64,000 nt of DNA from a bacterium (GCA_017538365.1 JAFYIZ010000028.1:52962-116961), one strand, 5' to 3'. Counted from the stretch's first letter, positions 1 through 10,006 are shown. Notes: generated by a model from the sequence alone, not told the origin. Program-made: numbers and translations.

Positions 1-1595
1 TCTTTTTTATTATCGGGATCGATGCCGGATTCATACTGAGAGCGTCTATTCCCATAGCAAGGAAAAGAAGCGGAAGATACGGGTCGCTTGCCATTTCGCC
101 GCAGATATTGACAGGTTTGTTTTTTGCCTTTGCGACAGTCACGATCTGGTTTATCACTCTGAGAACAGCCGGATGATAGTATGAAAAATAGTCGGATGAG
201 AACTGATCCTTTCTTTCAACTGCCATTAAATACTGGATAAGGTCGTTTGTTCCGATGCTGAAAAAATCGACTTCGTCGGCAATTTTCTCGATTATGAAAA
301 CTGAGGCCGGAACCTCTATCATTGCGCCGATCCTGATGCTTTTGAGGTTTTCCGAAAGTCCCATATCAGCGGCTGTTTTGTAGAGAAGATTTCTGAAGTC
401 GTCGACTTCGTGAGTCGTGCTGACGAAGGGTAGCAGTATGTCGAGATTTCCGAGTTTTGCAGCTCTTACAAGTGCTCTTATCTGCGGAATGAAAACGTCT
501 GGGCGACCTTTGCAGAGCCTTATTCCGCGCATTCCCATGAAACCTTTCGTAACTATTGCGCCGCTTTTGTCTTCGCCGAAATCGAAAATTCTTATTGCGG
601 CTCTAAGCGGCAGAGCCTGATGCAGCACCTGATAGTAAACATCGTAGTGAGCATCTTCCGAAGGGATCTCGCCGTCTTTCGAGAACATGAGTTCGGTTCT
701 GAAAAGACCGATGAATTCGCCGCCGTATTTCTTGACGAAATCGACTTCGCCCGTCTGGTCGATGTTGCCGCCGACTCTCAGCCTGCGGTTGTCGCGCGAT
801 ATCGAAGGAGTTGAAATATCTTCCAGAAATCTTGCAAAGTAGCTTTTGAACTCGTCAGCCTTGCGAAGAGCGTTGTTTATTTCATCGACTGCCGGTCTCA
901 AAACGACGCGCCCTTTGAAGCCGTTGACGATGAGCATGTCGCCGTAGTCAAGCAGATGAATGAGGTCGGGAACTCCCATGACCGCCGGGATTTCGAGCGA
1001 ACGGAGCACCATAGTTAAGTGGCTGACTCCGCCGGGAGATTCTAGAACGATTCCTTTGACATTCGGATTTTTGGAAAGGACGTGAAGCTCGTCAACTGTG
1101 AGATTTTTTGCACAGACTATGAAATCTTCGTCGGGAAGCCTGTTCAAAACCGAGTGTGTGCCGCCGGTAAGTTCCGAAACCAGTTTGTCTCTGATAACTT
1201 CCCAGTCTGCTATTTTAGCTTTGACGTAGTAGTCTGTCGTATTCTGGTCAAGTACCGAAATGAGTTTGTCGAAAACTCCGAGCACCGCCCATTCCGCGTT
1301 GATCCGGCTTGATTTTATCATGTTTCCGACCATCTCCGAAAGGGTGGGGTCGGTGAGCATCATTTTGTGCGCTTCAAGGATGGACGCTGTTTCCGAGCCG
1401 ATATTCTTCTGCGATAAAATGTTCTCAAGTTCTCGTTCCGAAGCTGTTACTGCTGCTTGAAAACGATTGATTTCATTCGGAATTTCTTCGGCTTTCAAGT
1501 CGATGTGCGGAATTTTGGAATATTTGCGGTCGATAAAGAAAAGTTTTCCCGCGCCTATTCCGCCGCAGACTTTTTCGCCCTGAAGTTCAAGCCTT
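1..1595 (-). CDS. ptsI: PTS enzyme I (PtsI), 5' portion; the C-terminus runs off the left edge
   Basis: I translated the minus strand from a TTG at 1595: LRERLELQGEKVCGGIGAGK..., and around 1000: VLESPGGVSHLTMVLRSLEIPAVMGVPDL. This is the PEP-utilizing phosphohistidine domain. The frame is open to position 1. Confidence 0.8.
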
Positions 1596-1603
1596 TCCCG
1601 CAA

Positions 1604-1870
1604 TTATTCTTCCCCGAATTTTGTTTCGACAAGTTGTGTGAGAGCGTTCAGACACTCTTCTTCCGATTCGCCGTTCGTGCTTATTTTCACGGTGGAGCCG
1701 AGCGGAGCCGCCAGCATGAGGATTCCCATGATGCTTTTTGCGTTCACGCGGATGCCGTCTTTTTCCATTTCGACTCCGCATTTGAATTTTTCCGCTGTTT
1801 TAACGAAAAGGCTGGCTGCACGCGCATGAAGACCGAGTTTGTTTGTTATCGTAAGTTCAACTTCTCTCAT
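1604..1870 (-). CDS. ptsH: Phosphocarrier protein HPr
   Basis: 88 aa. Contains LGLHARAASLFV, the HPr His15 region, and KSIMGIL, the Ser46 region. Confidence 0.85.
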   Translation of the reverse strand: MREVELTITNKLGLHARAASLFVKTAEKFKCGVEMEKDGIRVNAKSIMGILMLAAPLGSTVKISTNGESEEECLNALTQLVETKFGEE

Positions 1871-2295
1871 TTCGACTCTCTTTTTTCAAGAAGTTGTTTT
1901 GCGCCGGTGATATTCTGTCTTGCACTGCGGATGATACCGTCAACCATCGTTCTGATGTCGGAATCGTCGTCCATGTGTTCAAGGCTGTACATAACCATCG
2001 AAAGATTTACGCCCGAAATTACGTCAACTTCCTCTTTTTTTGCGAGAGAAAGCGCGATGTTTGAAGGGCTTCCGCCGAAAATATCAACTAAAATCAATAC
2101 CTTGTGGCCTTGTTTGATGAAGTTGTCTATCGTGTTTTCAAGATTAGTCTTCATCGAATCGAGTTCCGTCACCATCGAAAATTCGATCGAAAAAAAGGCG
2201 GTCCTCTCTTTTACATCGATATCCATTATGCGCGAAGCAATGTTTAAAAGAGTGCTTCCGAGCTCTCCGTGAGTGATAAAAACAAAAGAGTACAT
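1867..2295 (-). CDS. PTS EIIA component, mannose/fructose family
   Basis: 142 aa. FVFITHGELGSTLL matches the His10 phosphorylation site of EIIA-Man. It overlaps the HPr start by 4 nt. Confidence 0.7.
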   Translation of the reverse strand: MYSFVFITHGELGSTLLNIASRIMDIDVKERTAFFSIEFSMVTELDSMKTNLENTIDNFIKQGHKVLILVDIFGGSPSNIALSLAKKEEVDVISGVNLSMVMYSLEHMDDDSDIRTMVDGIIRSARQNITGAKQLLEKRESK

Positions 2296-3252
2296 TTAAT
2301 TCCCCTTCAATCCTTTAAGTTTGTTGTCAAGTCTTTTTTCCATTTCCTTTGCCGCGAAAAATCCCATTTTTTTGAGAAGGTAATCGCGTGCTATAGCTTC
2401 CATGAGCGAGCTTAAATTCGAGCCGTTGCGTACCGGAATTATGTAGTAGGCCTTTTTCACGCCCAGGATTTCGTAGTAGTTTATTTTGTCGCCGACGCGC
2501 TCATAGTCGAATTTGTGGATCTCTTCCCACGAAACCAAGCGTACGACGCAGTCGATCTCCTTTTCGGAATCGACCGAGGTTATTCCGAACATCTGCTGCA
2601 GATCGACAAGTCCGATTCCGCGTATTTCGATGAAGTTGCGCCCGATCTCGTTGCAGCTTCCGATAAGTCTGTTGGGCGAGAGGCGCTTGATTTCGACAAA
2701 GTCGTCGGCAATCAGTTTGTGACCGCGCATGACAAGATCCAAACTTGTTTCGCTTTTTCCGACTCCGCTTTCACCCATGATGAGCATTCCGACACTTAAA
2801 ACGTCGATAAGCTGCGCGTGAAGCGAGACTGTCGGAGCAAGTGCCGTGTTCAGAATATCTCTCACATAGTCGGTGAAAACGCTTGAAATCATCGATGTCG
2901 ACATCAGCGGAACATTGTATTTGCGGGCTATTTCCTTGAACTGATCCGTCGGTTTTTCAGGGTAGGTGAAAATAACGAGGATCGGTTTTTCCTTGAGAAA
3001 AGTTTCCGACATTTTGAGCTGATCTTCCGTAGGCAGGGTGCGGAGATAGTCCATTTCGCTCTTTCCGAAAAGCTGGATTCTGTTTTTGTAGAGGTGTGCT
3101 ACAAAACCTGCGATCGAAAGACCGACGACCTGAACTTTGCTTTCGGTAAGTTCGATTTTTTTCATTTCGTCTTCGCTCATGTTTTCGAGCGAAAGATCAA
3201 GCTGAGTATTTTTCAGCAGTTCGTAAAGAGTGTAAAAAGCGGGTCCCGGCAT
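2296..3252 (-). CDS. hprK: HPr kinase/phosphorylase
   Basis: 318 aa. Walker A GESGVGKSETSLDLVMRGHKLIADD, typical of HprK. Confidence 0.9.
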   Translation of the reverse strand: MPGPAFYTLYELLKNTQLDLSLENMSEDEMKKIELTESKVQVVGLSIAGFVAHLYKNRIQLFGKSEMDYLRTLPTEDQLKMSETFLKEKPILVIFTYPEKPTDQFKEIARKYNVPLMSTSMISSVFTDYVRDILNTALAPTVSLHAQLIDVLSVGMLIMGESGVGKSETSLDLVMRGHKLIADDFVEIKRLSPNRLIGSCNEIGRNFIEIRGIGLVDLQQMFGITSVDSEKEIDCVVRLVSWEEIHKFDYERVGDKINYYEILGVKKAYYIIPVRNGSNLSSLMEAIARDYLLKKMGFFAAKEMEKRLDNKLKGLKGN

Positions 3253-3268
3253 GGCTAAAAATGTTCAG

Positions 3269-4297
3269 TTAGAATTGTTTAAGGAAACGCAGATCGCCTG
3301 CATGGAAATGGCGGATGTCGTCAATTCCGTATTTCATCATAGTAAGTCTTTCGATACCGCCGCCGAATGCAAAGCCCGAATAGATTTCAGGGTCGATTCC
3401 GCAGTTTTTCAAAACCTGCGGGTGGATCATTCCGCAGCCCAGATATTCGATCCAGCCTGTCTGTTTGCATACGCTGCAGCCTTTGCCTTTGCAGATTCTG
3501 CATTTGAAATCAAGTTCGAAACCGGGTTCGACGAAGGGGAAGAAGGAAGGTCTGAGTCTGATTTCGACATCTTCTCCGAAAATGCTCGAAATGATCTGTT
3601 TCAGTGTGAAAATAAGGTGCGAAACGGTGATTCCCTTGTCAACGACCAAGCCTTCGCACTGATGGAACGAGTGTTCGTGGCTCGCGTCGACCGCTTCGTT
3701 TCTGTATGTTTTGCCGGGGCAGACGAATTTGATGGGAGGTTTTTTCGCGAGCATTCCGCGGATCTGTACAGGGGAGGTCTGGCTGCGGAGAAGTTTTCCG
3801 TTCTTAAGCCAGAAAGTGTCCTGCGAATCTCTTGCCGGATGATCTTCGGGAATATTGAGCGCGTTGAAGTTGTAGTATTCTTCTTCCATCTCTGGGCCGT
3901 CAAGAATATCGAAACCCATTGAAATGAAAAGGTCTTCAAGTTCTTTTCTGACGATCGAAAGCGGGTGGATGGAACCCTGGACCGGCGTTTCAGGCCAGGA
4001 AATATCGCTCCATTCGTTCTCGACTTTCGCATTTATCTCAGCAACTTCGAGCTCTTTTGCCTTTTTTGCGATAGCCGCTTCAAAATCGTTTTTGACGTTG
4101 TTGATGAGCTGGCCGACTTCCTTTCTCGCTTCGGCCTGAAGGTCTTTCATGTCCTTCATCAGAGTGGTGAACTCTCCTTTTTTGCCGAGAATGGCAACTC
4201 TGAGCTGCTCAAGCGCCTCTTTTTTATTGATCTCGCTTATCTTTTCGCTGAAACTCTTCTGCAGAGCTTCTATCTTTTCTTTCATCATGACTCCCAC
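3269..4297 (-). CDS. pheS: Phenylalanine--tRNA ligase alpha subunit
   Basis: 342 aa. Class II aaRS motifs FRPSFFPFVEPGFE and GFAFGGGIERLTMMKYGI. No pheT follows. Confidence 0.9.
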   Translation of the reverse strand: MGVMMKEKIEALQKSFSEKISEINKKEALEQLRVAILGKKGEFTTLMKDMKDLQAEARKEVGQLINNVKNDFEAAIAKKAKELEVAEINAKVENEWSDISWPETPVQGSIHPLSIVRKELEDLFISMGFDILDGPEMEEEYYNFNALNIPEDHPARDSQDTFWLKNGKLLRSQTSPVQIRGMLAKKPPIKFVCPGKTYRNEAVDASHEHSFHQCEGLVVDKGITVSHLIFTLKQIISSIFGEDVEIRLRPSFFPFVEPGFELDFKCRICKGKGCSVCKQTGWIEYLGCGMIHPQVLKNCGIDPEIYSGFAFGGGIERLTMMKYGIDDIRHFHAGDLRFLKQF

Positions 4298-4458
4298 CTA
4301 TAAAATTTAAAAAAACAATTAAAATTGTGCCTCGCACGGGCGGGAACTTTACTGATAAATGAAAAATTTTCAAGGATAACTAAATTTTTTTATAATTTTG
4401 TGCTATAAGCGCCTGTTTTTTGTTGATTGAAGTGTTTTTGGAAAAATTTTTATAGATT

Positions 4459-7400
4459 TTGGAGGTTTTTATGTCTGGCGTTATCAAAACTTCGGAGGCT
4501 TTGAAAGTCAATCTGGCCGAAACTTTTGTTGCGGGTTACGAATTTTCCGAGCAGGAAAAATTCATTCTGAGCGCAGTTGAAAAGCATCCGCTTCTTGAAA
4601 AGAGGATGAGGACTTTCTTTCTAGAGCTCAACCATCCGTTTCCCAATTTTACCGAGGTAATCGAGGCTTACCGCTGGATCACGCTTGAAAATATGTGGGT
4701 TTTCGCTGATCTTGAAGAGAGCGACAAGCTGCTGAAACTTCTCGGTGACTATTTCATGCAGATTTTCTCGCAGAAGCTCGATATTCCGCAGCGCAACAGG
4801 CTCCGTCAGACTATTTTCAACGTCCTTGAACTCCTCTATAAAATTCTGCAGAGCAGCAAAATTTCGGACGAAGTTTTCAATTCTTATCTTGATATAACCG
4901 AAACGGTTCTTGCCGACGGCAATCCTGGGCTTATGGAAGCGTCGAGTTCGCTCAAAAAATATGTTGCCGAAATCTGCAAGGATGAGCGTTTCAGTGCCAG
5001 AATCTTCAAAATGCTCAAGCGCGTAATGACCATAAATCTGGACTACTGGAAAAATGTCGAATCGTTCTCAGACTGGCTTGAAAAGAGGACTATCGAACAC
5101 GGCGACGAGGCGCTGGAAATCGAAAACGCGATACTTTCGCAGTTTCCGCCGGAGCTTTTCACTGAGTGCGAAGAGGGAATTGAAAAGGCTGAAAAGTGCG
5201 AAGACTTCTTCAAACTGCCCGATTACACGTTTTTTACCGACAGATTCCGCAACACGATCGACTTTATTCCGACACCGATATGCAAAATCTACTACATTTT
5301 CTATCTGCTTGATTTTTCGTCTATGGAAAGTCTGCGCGAATACCTTCTTTTCGACCTCAACAGAACTCTGAAGATAGTTTCGATCGACGATGCGGGCGAG
5401 GCAAAACGCTTTATAACGCGCATGTTCGACTTTTTTAAACCCGTCAGAGAGCTTTTCCAGAGCGCGATTCTCGATTGTGTGAAAACGCTCGGAAAAGAGA
5501 TTGTAAAACGCGGCAGCGCGGCAATCTGCGACCACTTTTTTGATGCAGTCATCCGCTTCGGATTCGTTTATCCCGAACTTAAAGGTGTAAACTCCGACTG
5601 GCAGATGATAGTCGACAAAAACCACGTCAAAAACATAAGGACATGGCTTGAAATAATCGAAGTGAACCCCTCGAAAAGCACGAAACTTCTGTCGGCTCTT
5701 CTTGTAAATCTGAGGATCGGCGGCGTTTTTATCTCCGATACCGACCTTTTCCAGAGTGATGTTACGAAGTTTTTGAACAGCCAGATCGCGCCGGCTTACC
5801 ACATCGCGCGCCAGATCGCAGTTCTCTTCCCGGTTTACTTCAACGAGATCGGTGCTGAGGGCGAGCTTAGAAAAATTTCGACTGCGATTGACGAAATATG
5901 CCACAGAAAGGATCTGCTCACTCACTTTTTGAGAAAGCAGATTCACGCAGAGAGCAACAACACCCACATCCAGCTTGCAAAAGATGTCTTCATTTTCTGG
6001 CTCACCGGCAAAAAGGAACACCTTCAGAACAAGATTCCGAACGAAATTTACGAAACTCTCGAGCCGTCCGGCGAAATGTACGAAGGTCTGCACGAAGTCG
6101 CCCGTTTCGTAACGAGCAGGGTAAGAGGCGACTACGAAGCTCTTTTCACGATGAAACCTGCGGAAGTCGAGAAGATCATCGCCGATTTCGGAGCAGGTCA
6201 TGAAGTCGAGCAGAAAAAAGTCGGATACCTTTTCAACATTTATCTGCTTCTCAAGGAAAAATATTATCTCAATCCAGGCGATATTGCGAAAAAACTTAAG
6301 AAAATCACATATATACATCAGGCGACTATTGACGAGTTCGAGGCTGCAATGACTGCCGAGGACTGGAAAAGCGCAGTCAGAATCGCTTTCAAAATCATGT
6401 CCGCCCTCAAAAAGACGGTTCTTTCGGAAGAGCAGACCGAAGGAGTCGAAAACATCTACTACAAACGCCATATCGCAATCGGAATTCCTTCGATGTACGG
6501 CGAATACAGAGAGCCTAAATTCGAGGCTCTGGGCATGATTTACAGGATGGAGCAGCTTGTTTCGACGATGGTTGAAAAGCTGGTTTCAACTACAAAACTT
6601 CCTTATATTTCAGCCGACAATCTGCGTGAGACCTGCGAAATTCTCGAACTTTTCAGAGAAGGTCTGGAGCTCGGCGGTATCACGAGTGAAAATTTCAATT
6701 CCGACCTCAAGATGCTTGAATACAGCCTGGTTTCCTCAAGTTTCTCGCTGCATCAGTACACCAACATTTTCGAATTCTTTGCTGAGGATTTGAGCAAGAT
6801 CGTTTACGACTACTTCCTCGGAATCCACGATTCGAACCTCAAAATCGTCCTTGAACAGTACATTGAAAAGCACAATCTCACCGTTTCATCGGAAAAGGAC
6901 AAAGAGAAGATTATCCACAAGAAAAGCGAGGAATTCTACCGCGACATCATTTCGTCGTCATTCCTCATGCAGCAGATCGACAGCCTGATAAACTACCTTC
7001 TTTCGATTCTGCACGGCATACCGAAGAGCCTGACGCAGGAAGATATCCACATGATAATGACCTACAAGCGCAAATCGATAATTTCAGAAATCGACAAGAA
7101 GGATGACGAGCTCGACAACCAGGTTTTCTTCGGTGCGAAAGGGTATTTCCTGAAAAGAATCAAAGAGTACGGAATGCCGGTTCCGCACGGATTCATCCTT
7201 ACGACCGAGCTTTTCAGACGCCGCGAAGCGCTCATGAAACACCCCGAAATCGAGAAGGAAATTTATACGACGATATCAGATGAACTTGGCATTCTCGAGG
7301 AAAAAACGGGACTCCAGTACGGCAACCCGAACAATCCGCTCATGCTGTCGGTCAGAAGCGGTTCGGCAATGTCGATGCCCGGCGCGATGAACACTTTCCT

Positions 7401-8553
7401 CAATGTCGGAATGAACGACGAATTTGTCGAACAGCTCGCAAAAAGGGAAAATTACGGCTGGACTTCTTGGGACTGCTACAGACGGCTGATCCAGACCTGG
7501 GGCATGAATTTCGGTATCGACCGCGACTTGTTTGATGCAGTCATCGCCGATTTCAAAAAGGTTTACAAAGTCGAGAAAAAGATCGGTTTCAAGCCTGAAG
7601 TCATGAAACTTGTAGCCAAAGAATACATGAAGATTCTTGAAAGCCAGAAAGTGAAATTCGAGCAGAATCTCCACAAACAGCTTTTCACTTCGATCCACGC
7701 GGTTTTCGATTCGTGGAATTCGCGCCGTGCCCTTGTTTACCGCGACAAACTCCACATTGCAAGCGAGTGGGGAACTGCGGTCATCGTTCAGAAAATGGTG
7801 CTCGGAAACATCAACTACGACTCCGGAACGGGTGTTGTTTTCACGCGGGAACCCAACGGCAGAGGCAGAAAGGTATGTCTTTACGGCGATTTCGTAATGT
7901 GTTCGCAGGGTGAAGACATCGTCGGCGGTCTTGTTCACCCGTATCCGGTTTCGGAAAAGCAGAGACTTGAGATGAAAAACGCGCCTGATATCAGTATGGA
8001 AAAAGATTTTCCTGAAATATATTCGGCACTTAACGATATTTCAGTCGAACTTATCAACAAGCGCGGTTTCGGCCATCAGGAGATTGAATTCACCTTTGAA
8101 ACCTCGAAAAAACAGGATCTTCACATTCTCCAGATCCGTTCGTACCACCAGAACGACCTCATGCAGGAAGAGCTTGTTCCCGACAATCTGCCGCTGATAG
8201 GCGAGGGAACCGGCATCGGAAACAACGTCCTCACCGGAAGAGTCGTCTTCTCGATGGAAGACATCGAAAAATGCAAAAAACTCTATCCCGGCGAAAAGAT
8301 CATCGTTATGCGTCCCGACACCGTCAGTGACGATATCGACATGATTTTCGAAGCCGACGGACTGGTCACATCCCGCGGCGGAGCAACATCCCACGCGGCT
8401 GTTACGGCGGTCCGTCTCGGCAAAATCGGTGTCGTCAACTGTAAATCCCTCACCTTGGATGAAGTCAACAAAACCTTCACATTCGGCGGCGAAACTAAAA
8501 ACGTTCTCTGCACACTCACTATCGATGGCAGACGCGGATTCATTTACGGGTAG
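4459..8553 (+). CDS. 1364-aa multidomain protein: unknown N-terminal ~820 aa, then a PPDK/PEPS-like ATP-grasp nucleotide-binding domain and a PEP-utilizing phosphohistidine swivel domain; no PEP/pyruvate TIM-barrel domain
   Basis: The C-terminal third contains GAKGYFLKRIKEYGMPVPHGFILTTELF and LMLSVRSGSAMSMPGAMNTFLNVGMNDEFVEQLAKR, which matches the PPDK N-domain LSVRSGAxxSMPGMMDTxLNLGLND. It also has LVTSRGGATSHAAVTAVRLGKIGVV, the GGxTSHAAI phosphohistidine motif. The protein ends about 25 aa later. RBS ggagg precedes the ATG. Confidence 0.6.
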   Translation: MEVFMSGVIKTSEALKVNLAETFVAGYEFSEQEKFILSAVEKHPLLEKRMRTFFLELNHPFPNFTEVIEAYRWITLENMWVFADLEESDKLLKLLGDYFMQIFSQKLDIPQRNRLRQTIFNVLELLYKILQSSKISDEVFNSYLDITETVLADGNPGLMEASSSLKKYVAEICKDERFSARIFKMLKRVMTINLDYWKNVESFSDWLEKRTIEHGDEALEIENAILSQFPPELFTECEEGIEKAEKCEDFFKLPDYTFFTDRFRNTIDFIPTPICKIYYIFYLLDFSSMESLREYLLFDLNRTLKIVSIDDAGEAKRFITRMFDFFKPVRELFQSAILDCVKTLGKEIVKRGSAAICDHFFDAVIRFGFVYPELKGVNSDWQMIVDKNHVKNIRTWLEIIEVNPSKSTKLLSALLVNLRIGGVFISDTDLFQSDVTKFLNSQIAPAYHIARQIAVLFPVYFNEIGAEGELRKISTAIDEICHRKDLLTHFLRKQIHAESNNTHIQLAKDVFIFWLTGKKEHLQNKIPNEIYETLEPSGEMYEGLHEVARFVTSRVRGDYEALFTMKPAEVEKIIADFGAGHEVEQKKVGYLFNIYLLLKEKYYLNPGDIAKKLKKITYIHQATIDEFEAAMTAEDWKSAVRIAFKIMSALKKTVLSEEQTEGVENIYYKRHIAIGIPSMYGEYREPKFEALGMIYRMEQLVSTMVEKLVSTTKLPYISADNLRETCEILELFREGLELGGITSENFNSDLKMLEYSLVSSSFSLHQYTNIFEFFAEDLSKIVYDYFLGIHDSNLKIVLEQYIEKHNLTVSSEKDKEKIIHKKSEEFYRDIISSSFLMQQIDSLINYLLSILHGIPKSLTQEDIHMIMTYKRKSIISEIDKKDDELDNQVFFGAKGYFLKRIKEYGMPVPHGFILTTELFRRREALMKHPEIEKEIYTTISDELGILEEKTGLQYGNPNNPLMLSVRSGSAMSMPGAMNTFLNVGMNDEFVEQLAKRENYGWTSWDCYRRLIQTWGMNFGIDRDLFDAVIADFKKVYKVEKKIGFKPEVMKLVAKEYMKILESQKVKFEQNLHKQLFTSIHAVFDSWNSRRALVYRDKLHIASEWGTAVIVQKMVLGNINYDSGTGVVFTREPNGRGRKVCLYGDFVMCSQGEDIVGGLVHPYPVSEKQRLEMKNAPDISMEKDFPEIYSALNDISVELINKRGFGHQEIEFTFETSKKQDLHILQIRSYHQNDLMQEELVPDNLPLIGEGTGIGNNVLTGRVVFSMEDIEKCKKLYPGEKIIVMRPDTVSDDIDMIFEADGLVTSRGGATSHAAVTAVRLGKIGVVNCKSLTLDEVNKTFTFGGETKNVLCTLTIDGRRGFIYG

Positions 8554-8616
8554 TCTTTATTTTTTAGGAAAATTGAGTATAATAATGCGTTTTTTTTGTA
8601 TTTGCAGGAGATTTTT

Positions 8617-9661
8617 TATGAAAAAGTTTTTGACTGTTGTATTTGTTATTATTGCTGCAATGATACTTGTTTCGTGCAGCGGTAAAAATCTTGACGATTT
8701 GATTGATGTTCCTGACACAGGCGATTCCGCTGATTCTTCCGCGACACCGGAACAAAATGACACCGATAATGGCGGTGATGCAAATGAAGACACTGCCGAT
8801 TCGAATGATGATACCGGCGATTCGACGACTGACACCGGCGATTCAAATGCTGATACCGGTGATTCAACGACTGACACCGGCGATTCCGGCAACGAAAACG
8901 ATGCAGACAGTGATTCCGATGATGTCGAAGTTTCGGATATTGATATGTCGGATAACGATCAGGAAGAGTCAGGTGACGATGCAGATTCCTCAGATTCCGA
9001 CAATGATAACGACAAAGATCCCGCAGATTCAGGTGATGACAGCGATACCACGGATTCAGGTGACGACAAAGATCCCGCTGATTCCGGAGATGAGAGCGAT
9101 CCCGCAGATTCAGGTGACGACAGCGATACCACCGATTCGGGTGATGATAACGATACCGATTCAGGCGAAAATCAGCAGAAATGCACTGAAATCACTCTCA
9201 TTAATGCTGATCAACTCAGCTACAATAAAGAGTCTTCAACTAGTCACGTATTCAAAACGACATACACTCCTAACACTGGTTCAAATGATAATTTATACAT
9301 TAAAATTTTTGGTTCCTACACGGATAATTATTCCGATAATTACTCGTTGGCTGGAACGAACTGGAAGGATGACAAAGGATATAACATGGCAAACGGAGTT
9401 TTCGTATATGTTTACGAAAACGAATACTGTGACTACAACGGCAGCAACTGCTCCCATAGCAAAATGTACTTCCAGAGAAAGGGAAATGTCGATGTATCAT
9501 CGATGCAAGTCAATAATTTCGGAACAAACATTTTTTACGCAGATCTTGACGGCGTAGAACTTGAAGAAGTCTCAATCAACGGTGCAAACCAATCAATACC
9601 CAAAGAAGGTGGAGAATGTCTTAAAATCAAGGATACAGAGGTTCATTATCAGTGGTATTAA
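8617..9661 (+). CDS. Lipoprotein with a long acidic D/S/T/G tandem-repeat region (DTGDS / DPADSGDDSDTTDSGDD repeats) and a C-terminal globular domain
   Basis: ATG at 8617 after RBS gcaggaga. Signal and lipobox MKKFLTVVFVIIAAMILVSCSG. The track ORF start at 8429 overlaps the upstream gene and I rejected it. Confidence 0.6.
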
Positions 9662-9762
9662 AATCCGTTAAAATAAAAACCGCTTTCTAATCAAAAAAAC
9701 TTCTTTTACAAAACACACACCATCACTTCTTAAAGATTCACGCCATAAAAAATGTTTGTAAC

Positions 9763-9798
9763 AGAATAAAATTCAAGCCTTAAATCTAAAACTTGAAT
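9763..9798 (-). terminator. Putative intrinsic terminator downstream of the tRNA pair (minus strand)
   Basis: Inverted repeat attcaag(9771-9777)/cttgaat(9792-9798). It is followed on the minus strand by a U-rich tract (the revcomp of aataaaa at 9763-9770). Confidence 0.4.
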
Positions 9799-9843
9799 CG
9801 GAAAAAATGAAAGGAAATAAAAAAGGAAGCCTCTTCGATTTTC

Positions 9844-9918
9844 TGGCGACCCCTAGCGGATTCGAACCGCTGTTAGCGGCGTGAGAGGCCGCCGTCCTAA
9901 CCGCTAGACGAAGGGGTC
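9844..9918 (-). tRNA. tRNA-Glu (anticodon CUC)
   Basis: Reverse complement: GACCCCUUCGUCUAGCGGUUAGGACGGCGGCCUCUCACGCCGCUAACAGCGGUUCGAAUCCGCUAGGGGUCGCCA. It folds as a cloverleaf with acceptor GACCCCU/AGGGGUC, anticodon stem GCGGC/GCCGC and loop CUCUCAC. CCA is encoded. Close to canonical tRNA-Glu. Confidence 0.85.
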
Positions 9919-9932
9919 ATTGCATGAATAAG

Positions 9933-10006
9933 TGGATCCCGAACAAGGATTCGAACCTTGATTGACGGAGCCAGAATCCGTAGTCCTGCCATTGGACGAT
10001 CCGGGA
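9933..10006 (-). tRNA. tRNA-Gln (anticodon CUG)
   Basis: Reverse complement: UCCCGGAUCGUCCAAUGGCAGGACUACGGAUUCUGGCUCCGUCAAUCAAGGUUCGAAUCCUUGUUCGGGAUCCA. Acceptor UCCCGGA/UUCGGGA, anticodon stem ACGGA/UCCGU, loop UUCUGGC, T-arm CAAGG-UUCGAAU-CCUUG. CCA is encoded. Confidence 0.8.

Noticed and set aside
4298-4458. Possible T-box or leader structure upstream of pheS in the divergent intergenic region
   Set aside because: I could not identify a convincing specifier/antiterminator arrangement by eye. There are only short imperfect GC stems (gcctcgcacgggcggg). Confirming or excluding this would need covariance-model scanning.
5068-6471. 467-aa ORF on the minus strand inside the 1364-aa gene
   Set aside because: It is entirely antisense to a much longer ORF that has strong PPDK-like homology. 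It has no motif and an odd composition, so it is a shadow ORF.
8429-8616. Upstream extension of the acidic-repeat lipoprotein ORF (track start at 8429)
   Set aside because: It overlaps the 3' end of the preceding gene by 125 nt in another frame. The ATG at 8617 has a good RBS and starts a canonical lipoprotein signal peptide.
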